A DNA stretch of 64,000 nt from Sedimentisphaerales bacterium (lineage in GTDB: Bacteria > Planctomycetota > Phycisphaerae > Sedimentisphaerales > Anaerobacaceae), in assembly GCA_963662565.2 (NCBI GenBank), contig CAXXXG010000008.1, forward strand, positions 3,614 through 67,613. The letters run 5' to 3'. The position numbers were made by a program, and so were the translations under genes. Below the pieces are notes generated by a model, which saw only the letters and a list, made by a program, of their open reading frames with translations, made no database searches and had not been told where the DNA came from. Position 1 is the stretch's first letter. The number at the start of each line of letters is the position of its first letter. Below, piece by piece: positions 57,601-64,000 of this stretch.

Positions 57601-57751
57601 CCAACCCCAAACCCTCCCCATTGAATTAATAGAAGGACAGACTGAGTACACGATCCATATCGTTGTACTGCCGCAAGGCTCAACCGCCGGCCAACCCCCT
57701 CAAAGAATAGGCAGGCGTTTACCCAGTGAGGACTACAACGAAATTCATTAA
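54650..57751 (+). CDS. ECF sigma factor fused to a TM segment and ~770-aa extracytoplasmic domain (CarboxypepD_reg-like repeats)
   Basis: aa 1-185 hold sigma regions 2 and 4 (FEILVRKYQSLI..., ETFLKAWKN, YREPLVLFYRCEQSIQQVSQNLDLKEATVRTRLHRGRQML). Hydrophobic Ala/Gly/Thr-rich segment at aa ~195-265. Beta-sandwich repeats follow (GEVIDELGNQVAGAEV, GHVTNEQGDPIDKA, GVLKDNLGVPLAGR). Confidence 0.8.
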   Translation: MAHDSQLVQACMQGDSSAFEILVRKYQSLICGITFSGTNNIDHSEELAQETFLKAWKNLASLKDVDRFRPWLCTIARNLVRNYHRQNKRGTPSTLNPNACLSDNDPSELASTQDDIKLLERALQAVPPEYREPLVLFYRCEQSIQQVSQNLDLKEATVRTRLHRGRQMLKEQTAALVEQTLARTNPKDTFTKAVMAGIGTGLAAGTMAVLGTASAAASLVQTSTAGSSLIATITGFMTTLTGKIALTAATLTLAVGLVVHSQNNIPQTQPTDLIPEVASAPTSVNGINEPQDVSRLSPTQGMDATSPTERNPIATIPPTTQDNQKQTPRSTRHPDWPLLNEPLRYCSMEIPQQNIGNWIHLPRRIRKEDPTSITIDNGLDQMKINKMDRSVQHSESPYLHDKRAIASEDLIQYLFLFGRSNDPSIDPNCFEDENLSVEQIAQEDNGALLIFKITTPQLEGYVKTLVDAVTRLPEKMEVHYNDPNSSTQTISVQEILFDFSIIPEYMFQMNAPNGYTVLPRKQPPCFRGEVIDELGNQVAGAEVFAYYFPLYDKEYLTSKTDEKGHFEIPIPSSPGGGSVHLPVCFWATIPHEPDYMAWTVLHTNHDYNFEDMNDLISGYGGDIIQSENKWGTMTSTRNGISREIQVLNTYQHKPVISNISLVMQQAGIIAGHVTNEQGDPIDKATLTTTFSIVDPNENSVSLESWSKHWNPKGVTNESGYYEINQLPALWKGCEYTLDISAVGYVAERKQFKIDEPLKYHEFNISMKPQQVTIRGVLKDNLGVPLAGRSISLSVPNMRVNDCHTQTDTNGVFVLEGCPDVPGLELISHLSTGFPYNFHELTKKELLAYKYYPDVTQSINYQAGQREYVVELTAIRPEMKVKVLVTDTFGQALPNFKVCLDGTLAPNQFGAGNSATRFWGAGKLKGRTNEEGEILFDNIPDITEMKIIIDPQKDIEWETSWLMGKEREQERKYLDTFDKQYTNLYQPQTLPIELIEGQTEYTIHIVVLPQGSTAGQPPQRIGRRLPSEDYNEIH

Positions 57752-57794
57752 ACAGAAAGGATGGCGTTCCATCCTATTCCCAATGATCACATAT

Positions 57795-57840
57795 GACCAA
57801 GCCAGGTTCTGCTAATATTTTAGCAGAACCTGGCTTGGTC
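57795..57840. repeat. 21-bp perfect inverted repeat between convergent genes (possible bidirectional terminator)
   Basis: GACCAAGCCAGGTTCTGCTAA-tatt-TTAGCAGAACCTGGCTTGGTC. No flanking U-tract. Confidence 0.6.
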
Positions 57841-58081
57841 GACATAGGATTTGACCTTTCTGCGATCATCAGTCGCATCTTAATCTCTATAACCGGAGTG
57901 ATTGGCTTTAAGCCGACGTAGAGCCCCTCACTCAAATATTAACTTCAATATCCAGAGTTGAGTTGCGATTATTCAAGAATGTTGGGCTCTATGATTTGGG
58001 TGCTGATGAACCACCAAAACACTAAGCCACCAATTTTTAGAAGTTGTTCCTTTGTGTCTTGGCGTCTTGGTGGTTAGAACC

Positions 58082-61000
58082 TTAAGGAGCCGAGTCCTGA
58101 TGTTCCCACCAGCGCAGATCGGCCCAGGTTTCGTTGACCTTGCGAACGCTGACCCAGTAGATCTTGCCTTGGCTGCTTTGCACGGCAATGAGTATAGATT
58201 TATCTTGAGGTGGAATAATTTCACTGAGTTGACTTCCACCCAACTTGGGCAAACGGTCGATCCAATCTGGCTTAGGAGTCAAACGGTTTGCATGGGCCCG
58301 CGATATCCAAAGCATGCGAACATTCGAATTGGGATCGATCTTGAGGGTGCCGCCGTTGTCTGTGCTCCACCCCAGATCATATCCCTCCGGCAGAGGCCAG
58401 TCAGGACGATCGCTCAATCGCTTAGTACTCAATCTCTCAAGATCGATAGGCTTATCTGCCCTCAATGTACCAGCATAGTGTTTCGGGGCATTCGGATCTT
58501 TCTCGAACATCTTCCGATGCATGTCAAATTGCGGCGAACGTTCAAATGTCAACCAGTCCGTGACAAACTCACGGCTATAGTATTCGCGAATTGGAGGACG
58601 GGCCTTGGCCACCTCCACCGAAGGTTTTAAGATAATCCGCCAACGTTTATCTCCGACACTTTCCCAATCAAGCCCCTTCACCCGGTAATCACAACTCGTG
58701 CTGAATCGTTGCGAACCAGACTGCAAGGTCAAATCTCCGGCAAGCTGAAGATCATCGCGTCCCTCTGCCTGGACATAGATTTGGAATGCGGTGTTAAAAG
58801 GCCAATGATCTGTTGTTACCCTCAAACCCAACAGTGCACCAGTCACACCCTTTTGCCAATCATCGGTAAAAGGGGTCTCAATAGCCTTACGAAGAATGTC
58901 CTCCCAGCCCTCCTGATAAACCGGTCGATAGTAATTCTCCGGTATCGCCTCAACCACCTCAAATTCAACGACGTCAGTTAATAGACGATTAAAATGCAAG
59001 GACTGATCAGGCTGGCAAGGATCAATTACGTCAATGTTCTTCCAGCCAAAGGCTACGGTGTGTCTGCCTGCAGACAAATTAAAGTCATCATCACACCAGA
59101 GATCATCAGGTAGTCGGAGCCTAGAGCCTACATCTCCAAATGGCCCTAGTCCACGTCTGGAGATATAGTCATTCCCATCAATCATAATAAAAATCGGGTC
59201 ATCATCAAGGTAGATATTTCGCAGTTCAGGTCCCCAGGAATATCCCTTACTTTGAAAATAAAGTGTGATGGGCTCACCCTGCTGATAGTAAGCATGGACG
59301 TAAAGTTTAGGCAACGGCATACGATCCCGCATGAGCATACGTTTGATGTCGAGGACGTATTCGTCTGCGACAGCCTGACGTTCCACCTCATTCGCATCAA
59401 CTGACAAATATGAGCCATCGGACAATTGCGTCATCACAGGCAGATGGGGAGCTTCAACTTTTAAATATCCGATTTGACTCATAGGAATCATTTTAATCAA
59501 AAGAGTACACCTCTCGCAGAATCCCTGCGATACATGGTAACCCGGCATCCAGATCGATGATTCGGAAGGAGATTCCGCATCTGCCATTCCTCTTCCTGAA
59601 AACATCATTAGCATGTCGCCTTCCCAATACAGATCACGACTGGTACTTCTGATTTCAGAATCCTGATAAAAACTCCAATCAGTACCAATTAGAGGAGTTT
59701 GAAATTCCAGACTAACCTCATTGAAATAACAATCCTCACCCCCCCATACCACATGCCCTGACAATTTAAAATGGGTTCGTTCATCATTTAACAGTCTACG
59801 CTCTAACTCCACTGACAAACTGCGTGGTTGCGTAGAGCCAGTAAAGATTTTATGTCCAAGCCTACGCATGGGCTGGCCATTTTGATACAACTCCGCAAAC
59901 ACCAGCAGTTGTTCGTTGGGACGGGCTGCGACATTGTATTCGTTGACATAGTATTCAATGTCCCCCTCTTGTGTACGAGTACCATTAGCATTCCCAAGCG
60001 ATTCGAATTTGACCAGTCGGTCCCTATGAAGCCACCAGTCGAATACCCCTCCTTTGGCCATGGGTAACAGAGCCAAAGCCAAAACCATAATTGCACCGAG
60101 ACCGATCAAACCGACCTTCGTAGTTTTGGGAATCGGGCGTGTCACCATGTGCTTGATGCGATCGGCCAGGGCCTTTTTGGATTCCACCACACCGATCAGG
60201 CCGAGGGTGAAGCTGGGTCGGGCCATGGCGATCTCGGCGATGTCGATGAGGGTGTCACTGTAGGGACCGGCATCGTCTTGGCCCTGTCGGGTCAAGACCG
60301 TTTCGTCTACGGCCTTTTCACGGAGACGTCGGATGGTGCCATTGGCCAACCAGAGCAAGGGGTGAAAGAAATATACGACCTGCAGGAGCGTCTGGATCAG
60401 ATTGATCCACAGGTCGCCCCGCTTAATGTGGAGCCGTTCGTGCAGCAGGACGGCCTTGAGTTTATCCGGTGACAGTGATTTCTCGATGGATTGCGGCACC
60501 AGGATCACCGGGCGAAACAGGCCACAGGCCGCCGGGCTGTAGAGTTCCTCGGTGGTACGCACCTCAACTGGACGCTTGAGCGGAACGAGCGTTGCGCACG
60601 ATTCGATCACCGCATCACAAGGTTCATGGACCGGGTGACTTTGCTTGACCAGTCTTCTGACATAGTTCAATCGCTTCAATAGTAAAACGCTAATGACAAG
60701 CACACCAGCCAGCCAAGCCAACAACACCCAGGCTTGCCAGGTGAGACTGGGTGTCACAACCTCGCGGGGTTCCGATGCAATCGCCGCTTCAAAGGAGATC
60801 TGTTCCGTTGGAATCGGTTCAACCGGCTGCGATGGAGTCACGACATGAGGCAACGGTTGAGAAGAAGCAGCCTCAACCGCCGGGCTATGCGGCTCCAGGC
60901 TGAAGACCGGATCAAATGCGTCCCAATCATTCATGCTGGACACGGTGGGCATCTCCACCCAATACCCAACCCCCGTGGGTACACTCAAGGTCGGTGGGAG

Positions 61001-61183
61001 CACCAACTTGACCAGCACCAGCATCCACAGACCATAACGCACCACAGCCCGCACACGCTTGCGAATCAACCCGTCAACCGCATACAACACAGCGATCAAA
61101 ACCGTGGACTGAATGAGCATAGGCCAGGAAAAATCACAAAACAATTCACCTGCCCGATTACTTAGATTGATGAACGTCTCCAT
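58082..61183 (-). CDS. BlaR1/MecR1-like M56 peptidase signal transducer with ~700-aa non-PBP sensor domain
   Basis: N-terminal multi-TM M56 domain with LLHERLHIKRGDLW (HExxH, about 60425-60445). The C-terminal region has no SxxK/penicillin-binding motifs. Confidence 0.75.
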   Translation of the reverse strand: METFINLSNRAGELFCDFSWPMLIQSTVLIAVLYAVDGLIRKRVRAVVRYGLWMLVLVKLVLPPTLSVPTGVGYWVEMPTVSSMNDWDAFDPVFSLEPHSPAVEAASSQPLPHVVTPSQPVEPIPTEQISFEAAIASEPREVVTPSLTWQAWVLLAWLAGVLVISVLLLKRLNYVRRLVKQSHPVHEPCDAVIESCATLVPLKRPVEVRTTEELYSPAACGLFRPVILVPQSIEKSLSPDKLKAVLLHERLHIKRGDLWINLIQTLLQVVYFFHPLLWLANGTIRRLREKAVDETVLTRQGQDDAGPYSDTLIDIAEIAMARPSFTLGLIGVVESKKALADRIKHMVTRPIPKTTKVGLIGLGAIMVLALALLPMAKGGVFDWWLHRDRLVKFESLGNANGTRTQEGDIEYYVNEYNVAARPNEQLLVFAELYQNGQPMRRLGHKIFTGSTQPRSLSVELERRLLNDERTHFKLSGHVVWGGEDCYFNEVSLEFQTPLIGTDWSFYQDSEIRSTSRDLYWEGDMLMMFSGRGMADAESPSESSIWMPGYHVSQGFCERCTLLIKMIPMSQIGYLKVEAPHLPVMTQLSDGSYLSVDANEVERQAVADEYVLDIKRMLMRDRMPLPKLYVHAYYQQGEPITLYFQSKGYSWGPELRNIYLDDDPIFIMIDGNDYISRRGLGPFGDVGSRLRLPDDLWCDDDFNLSAGRHTVAFGWKNIDVIDPCQPDQSLHFNRLLTDVVEFEVVEAIPENYYRPVYQEGWEDILRKAIETPFTDDWQKGVTGALLGLRVTTDHWPFNTAFQIYVQAEGRDDLQLAGDLTLQSGSQRFSTSCDYRVKGLDWESVGDKRWRIILKPSVEVAKARPPIREYYSREFVTDWLTFERSPQFDMHRKMFEKDPNAPKHYAGTLRADKPIDLERLSTKRLSDRPDWPLPEGYDLGWSTDNGGTLKIDPNSNVRMLWISRAHANRLTPKPDWIDRLPKLGGSQLSEIIPPQDKSILIAVQSSQGKIYWVSVRKVNETWADLRWWEHQDSAP

Positions 61184-61204
61184 ATCGTCGCCTCCGCTGA
61201 CGGT

Positions 61205-61606
61205 CTATTTCCGTTTCTTCTCGGCCTGTTTGACAATTCCCCGCAAGGCCTGGATATCGTCTTGAGAAAACTCATCCTGTTCCACCAAGAACTGCACCAG
61301 GGGCGTCAAGGCCCCGTCAAAGGCCCGCTTGAGGGTACGCTTGACCTCCCTGCGTTTGGCCTCTGCCGGGGTGATGGTCGCGGTGAACAGTTGCAGATTG
61401 CGGATTTTCGTCATGCCCAACAGGCCCTTGGCCACCATGCGATCCATCATGGTCTTGACCGTGCTGTAGGCCCATTGCCGGGAATCGGCCAGAGACTCCT
61501 GCACGGTCCCGGCGGCACAGGGATCATTCTCCCAGACCACCCGCAGAATATCCCATTCCGCCTCGCTCAGGTCCCACACTTGTTTCTTCTGATCCGTTTT
61601 TGCCAT
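61205..61606 (-). CDS. BlaI/MecI/CopY-family transcriptional repressor
   Basis: LSEAEWDILRVVWENDPCAAGTVQESL...WAYSTVKTMMDRMVAKGLL winged helix. Start at ATG 61606 after AGAGAGG; the ORF is open from 61690. Confidence 0.85.
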   Translation of the reverse strand: MAKTDQKKQVWDLSEAEWDILRVVWENDPCAAGTVQESLADSRQWAYSTVKTMMDRMVAKGLLGMTKIRNLQLFTATITPAEAKRREVKRTLKRAFDGALTPLVQFLVEQDEFSQDDIQALRGIVKQAEKKRK

Positions 61607-61619
61607 AGCAGCCTCTCTT

Positions 61620-61652
61620 TCTAATGCGTTAGAAACTACACGACACTTGTCG
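61620..61652. promoter_or_regulatory. two short palindromes upstream of the blaI-like gene (candidate operators)
   Basis: TCTAA-tgcg-TTAGA (61620-61633) and CGACA-ct-TGTCG (61641-61652). Confidence 0.25.
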
Positions 61653-61840
61653 AACATGCAAGAGGTTTTTCTTCTTTCAATGCATTCCAAACGCCCCCAC
61701 TATCCAATTTCAGGAAAGGATGCCTCCTTTCTGCACCGCAGGAAGAAAGCCACCCCATCCACTGTAAACACTTACAGTTAAAGAACTTTCATCCGAACCT
61801 CTCAATGGCAACGACTGATCTGCCAAAAATAATTTTAAAT

Positions 61841-61885
61841 ATTAACTTGAATATTCGGAGTCGTATTCCGAATATTCAAGTTAAT
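61841..61885. repeat. 19-bp perfect inverted repeat overlapping the start codon of the downstream ATPase gene
   Basis: ATTAACTTGAATATTCGGA-gtcgtat-TCCGAATATTCAAGTTAAT. The last AT of the right arm belongs to the ATG at 61884. Confidence 0.7.
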
Positions 61886-63035
61886 GAAGCCTATAATTGA
61901 TAGAAATCGATATGCGGACCAAATCCATCAAGCTCTAAGGCGGTCTCCAGTGGTTGCCCTGCTGGGGCCTCGACAATGCGGCAAAACGACCTTGGCGCGT
62001 TCCATCGCCGCCCAACAAGAGAGTCTCTATTTCGACCTGGAAAGCCAGACCGACTTGCGGCGTTTGGCGAACCCGGAATTGATGTTCAAATCTCAATCCG
62101 GACTGGTCGTCATCGATGAGATCCAAACCCTACCGGAATTGTTTGCGACCTTGCGTGTGGTGGTCGATAGCCCAGAGAATCAATGCACATTTCTTATCCT
62201 AGGCAGTGCCTCGCCCGAACTCATCAAAAACGTATCTGAAAGTCTGGCGGGCCGGGTTGAGTTTGTGGACATGGCAGGCTTCGATCTTGAGGAATTGGGG
62301 GCTGAATCCTGGCAGCCACTTTGGATCCGCGGCGGCTTTCCCCGCTCCTACCTGGCGAAGAACGACCCGGATAGTGTTGCATGGCGAGAAGGATTCATCC
62401 GCACCTTTCTAGAGCGTGACATCCCGCAACTGGGAATCAAGATCCCCGCCCCTGCCCTACGTCGCTTTTGGACTATGCTGGCCCACTATCACGGTCAAAC
62501 CTGGAATGCCACCCGCATGGCAACGGCCATGGGAATTAGCGACAAGACCATCCGTTCTTATCTGGACATTCTCACCCAGACCTATATGATTCGGCAATTA
62601 CAGCCCTGGCACGAAAACATCCGCAAACGTCAAGTGAAGTCCCCAAAAATCTACTTTCGTGACACCGGTCTGCTACACAGCCTGCTGGACCTGCACGACC
62701 ACCATAGCATCACGGGACACCCCCAGGTGGGAGCCTCATGGGAAGGCTTTGCCATAGAAATGGTGTTGCGGGTTCTGAATCCATCCCAAGCCTACTACTG
62801 GGCCACCTACAGCGGAGCGGAACTGGACCTGCTACTCTTGATCAACGGACGTCGTTATGGGCTGGAATTCAAATTCAATGAGGCGCCGGACAAAAGCAAA
62901 TCCATGACCATGGCTATCGATTCACTCAACCTGGATCACCTCTTGATCGTGTCTCCCGTGCAGGAAGCTTGGCCCATCACAGAAAACATTACCGTTTGCC
63001 CCATATCACAGGTTGGGCAGTATTTAGGCCAATAG
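61884..63035 (+). CDS. COG1373-type AAA+ ATPase with DUF4143 domain (paralogue)
   Basis: ALLGPRQCGKTTLARS, VIDEIQ, the GSAS... pattern and C-terminal EFKF. Confidence 0.75.
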   Translation: MKPIIDRNRYADQIHQALRRSPVVALLGPRQCGKTTLARSIAAQQESLYFDLESQTDLRRLANPELMFKSQSGLVVIDEIQTLPELFATLRVVVDSPENQCTFLILGSASPELIKNVSESLAGRVEFVDMAGFDLEELGAESWQPLWIRGGFPRSYLAKNDPDSVAWREGFIRTFLERDIPQLGIKIPAPALRRFWTMLAHYHGQTWNATRMATAMGISDKTIRSYLDILTQTYMIRQLQPWHENIRKRQVKSPKIYFRDTGLLHSLLDLHDHHSITGHPQVGASWEGFAIEMVLRVLNPSQAYYWATYSGAELDLLLLINGRRYGLEFKFNEAPDKSKSMTMAIDSLNLDHLLIVSPVQEAWPITENITVCPISQVGQYLGQ

Positions 63036-63040
63036 CAGGA

Positions 63041-64000
63041 TCAACGCCGGCGTTTCTTGCGTGACTTGCGGCCCTGGGGGTGTTTACGGGTTTTCTTTTT
63101 GGAAGACTTGCGACGCGGGGGCCGTTGGGTTTGAGCCAGGGGTTCGGTTGGGACGACGTTGAGTTGACGGGCCGGGATGCTGACCGAGGCGATGCGAACC
63201 TTGAGGGGTTGGCCCAGGCGGAGGGTGACGCCGGATCGTTCGCCCACGATCGAGTGCGTTTTCTCCTGGAACTCCCAGTGATCCGGGCCCAGGTCGGTCA
63301 TACGGATCAGGCCTTCGATACCGAACTTGCGACATTGAACGAACACACCAAAGCCGGTCAGGCCTGTGATCACGCAATCGAGGTCCTCGCCCAGATGGTT
63401 GCTGAGCATCTGCAGGATGAGTACGGTCTTGAGTTCGCGTTCGGCGTCTTCGGCACAGCGTTCGGTGAAGCTGAGGTGGCGACCGATCTCGGGCAAATCG
63501 AGTACGGCGGCATCCTGGGTGGCCTTGTCGATGCGTTTGTCCAACACATGTTGCAACATGCGGTGCACCATCAGGTCGGCGTAGCGGCGGATGGGACTGG
63601 TGAAGTGACAGTAATGCGTGGAGGCCAAGGCATAGTGGCCGATATGCAAGGGGGCATAGACCGCCTTTTCAAAGCTACGCAGGACTGCAATGTTGACGGC
63701 CAGGGAGGACTCGGTGCCGACTACACTCTTGAGCAGATCCTGAATGGTATGGCGGTCCGGATTCTCCTGCAGGGAAAAACCAAAGGCCTTGAGCAGACGG
63801 GCCAGAGTCTTGAAGCTCATGGGGCTGGGATCCGGATGAATGCGCCGCATAAAGGGGATATTCAGTCGGTCCAGGTGACGGGCCACGGCATCGTTGGCCT
63901 CGACCATGAACATCTCGATGATGGTGTGCGGGTAGCAGTCGTCCGCGGGTTGGGCATCGATGACCTGGCCCTCATCGTCGAAGATCAGATCGGTTTCGGT
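63041..64000 (-). CDS. rnr: ribonuclease R, C-terminal part (gene continues beyond the window end)
   Basis: RNB motifs ...HTIIEMFMVEANDAVA, HIGHYALAS.HYCHFTSPIRRYADL, an S1 domain and a Lys/Arg-rich tail. The frame stays open to nt 64000. Confidence 0.85.
   Translation of the reverse strand, partial: TETDLIFDDEGQVIDAQPADDCYPHTIIEMFMVEANDAVARHLDRLNIPFMRRIHPDPSPMSFKTLARLLKAFGFSLQENPDRHTIQDLLKSVVGTESSLAVNIAVLRSFEKAVYAPLHIGHYALASTHYCHFTSPIRRYADLMVHRMLQHVLDKRIDKATQDAAVLDLPEIGRHLSFTERCAEDAERELKTVLILQMLSNHLGEDLDCVITGLTGFGVFVQCRKFGIEGLIRMTDLGPDHWEFQEKTHSIVGERSGVTLRLGQPLKVRIASVSIPARQLNVVPTEPLAQTQRPPRRKSSKKKTRKHPQGRKSRKKRRR

Noticed and set aside
54650-61183. The sigma-fusion protein and the BlaR1-like protein are both exactly 1033 aa, so possibly duplicates
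   Set aside because: The sequences and domain organisations are unrelated (ECF sigma vs M56 peptidase). The equal length is coincidental.

Overview
Gene-dense 64 kb chromosomal segment with about 55 protein genes and 3 tRNAs. I saw no rRNA, CRISPR array, transposase or integrase. All calls come from reading the ORF translations and the DNA by eye; no database search was run, so family names are motif-based recognitions.

Gene content suggests a PVC-superphylum-like (Planctomycetota/Verrucomicrobiota/Kiritimatiellota-type), probably salt-adapted polysaccharide degrader. Supporting genes are a PEP-CTERM protein, a prepilin-like N-methylation-motif protein, ECF sigma/anti-sigma modules with CarboxypepD_reg-like repeats, a BlaI/BlaR1-like pair, a PL10 pectate lyase, rhaBA and kpsF.

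Main blocks:
- 0.1-8.3 kb: PP2C phosphatase plus Ser/Thr kinase operon, a Cys-poor DksA-like protein, a TrkA-C membrane protein, a six-BON protein and a DUF155-like protein.
- 8.3-22.0 kb: the standout region. Two operons diverge from one spacer and together encode four ATP-grasp ligases, a GCS2 ligase, a KamA-type lysine 2,3-aminomutase, a GNAT::HDAC fusion, a second GNAT domain, a C39-like peptidase, an N-formylglutamate-amidohydrolase-like enzyme, a DUF1704/MATCAP-like metallopeptidase and MgtC. I read this as an uncharacterised ribosome-independent system for making or remodelling a beta-lysine/glutamate peptide. Two adjacent genes in it carry homopolymer frameshifts.
- 22.0-24.6 kb: AT-rich islet with a DUF4411 (PIN-like) plus HTH-ImmA/IrrE pair and an orphan HigA-like remnant.
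- 24.6-31.5 kb: degenerate receiver proteins, an RRM protein and a sigma-54 activator, then a clear sigma-54 promoter driving a small HTH protein and ablA-SSS transporter-ablB (N-epsilon-acetyl-beta-lysine osmolyte genes).
- 31.6-37.9 kb: rhaB, rhaA, a permease and kpsF.
- 38-44.5 kb: prepilin-like protein, secreted C39-like protein, a ParA::CBM48 fusion, three tRNAs, tadA and a PEP-CTERM protein.
- 44.9-64 kb: ECF sigma with a giant anti-sigma, DUF3267, pectate lyase, M20 dipeptidase, ADP-ribosylglycohydrolase, two COG1373-type ATPases flanking a membrane-tethered ECF sigma fusion and a BlaI/BlaR1-like pair, and a partial RNase R.
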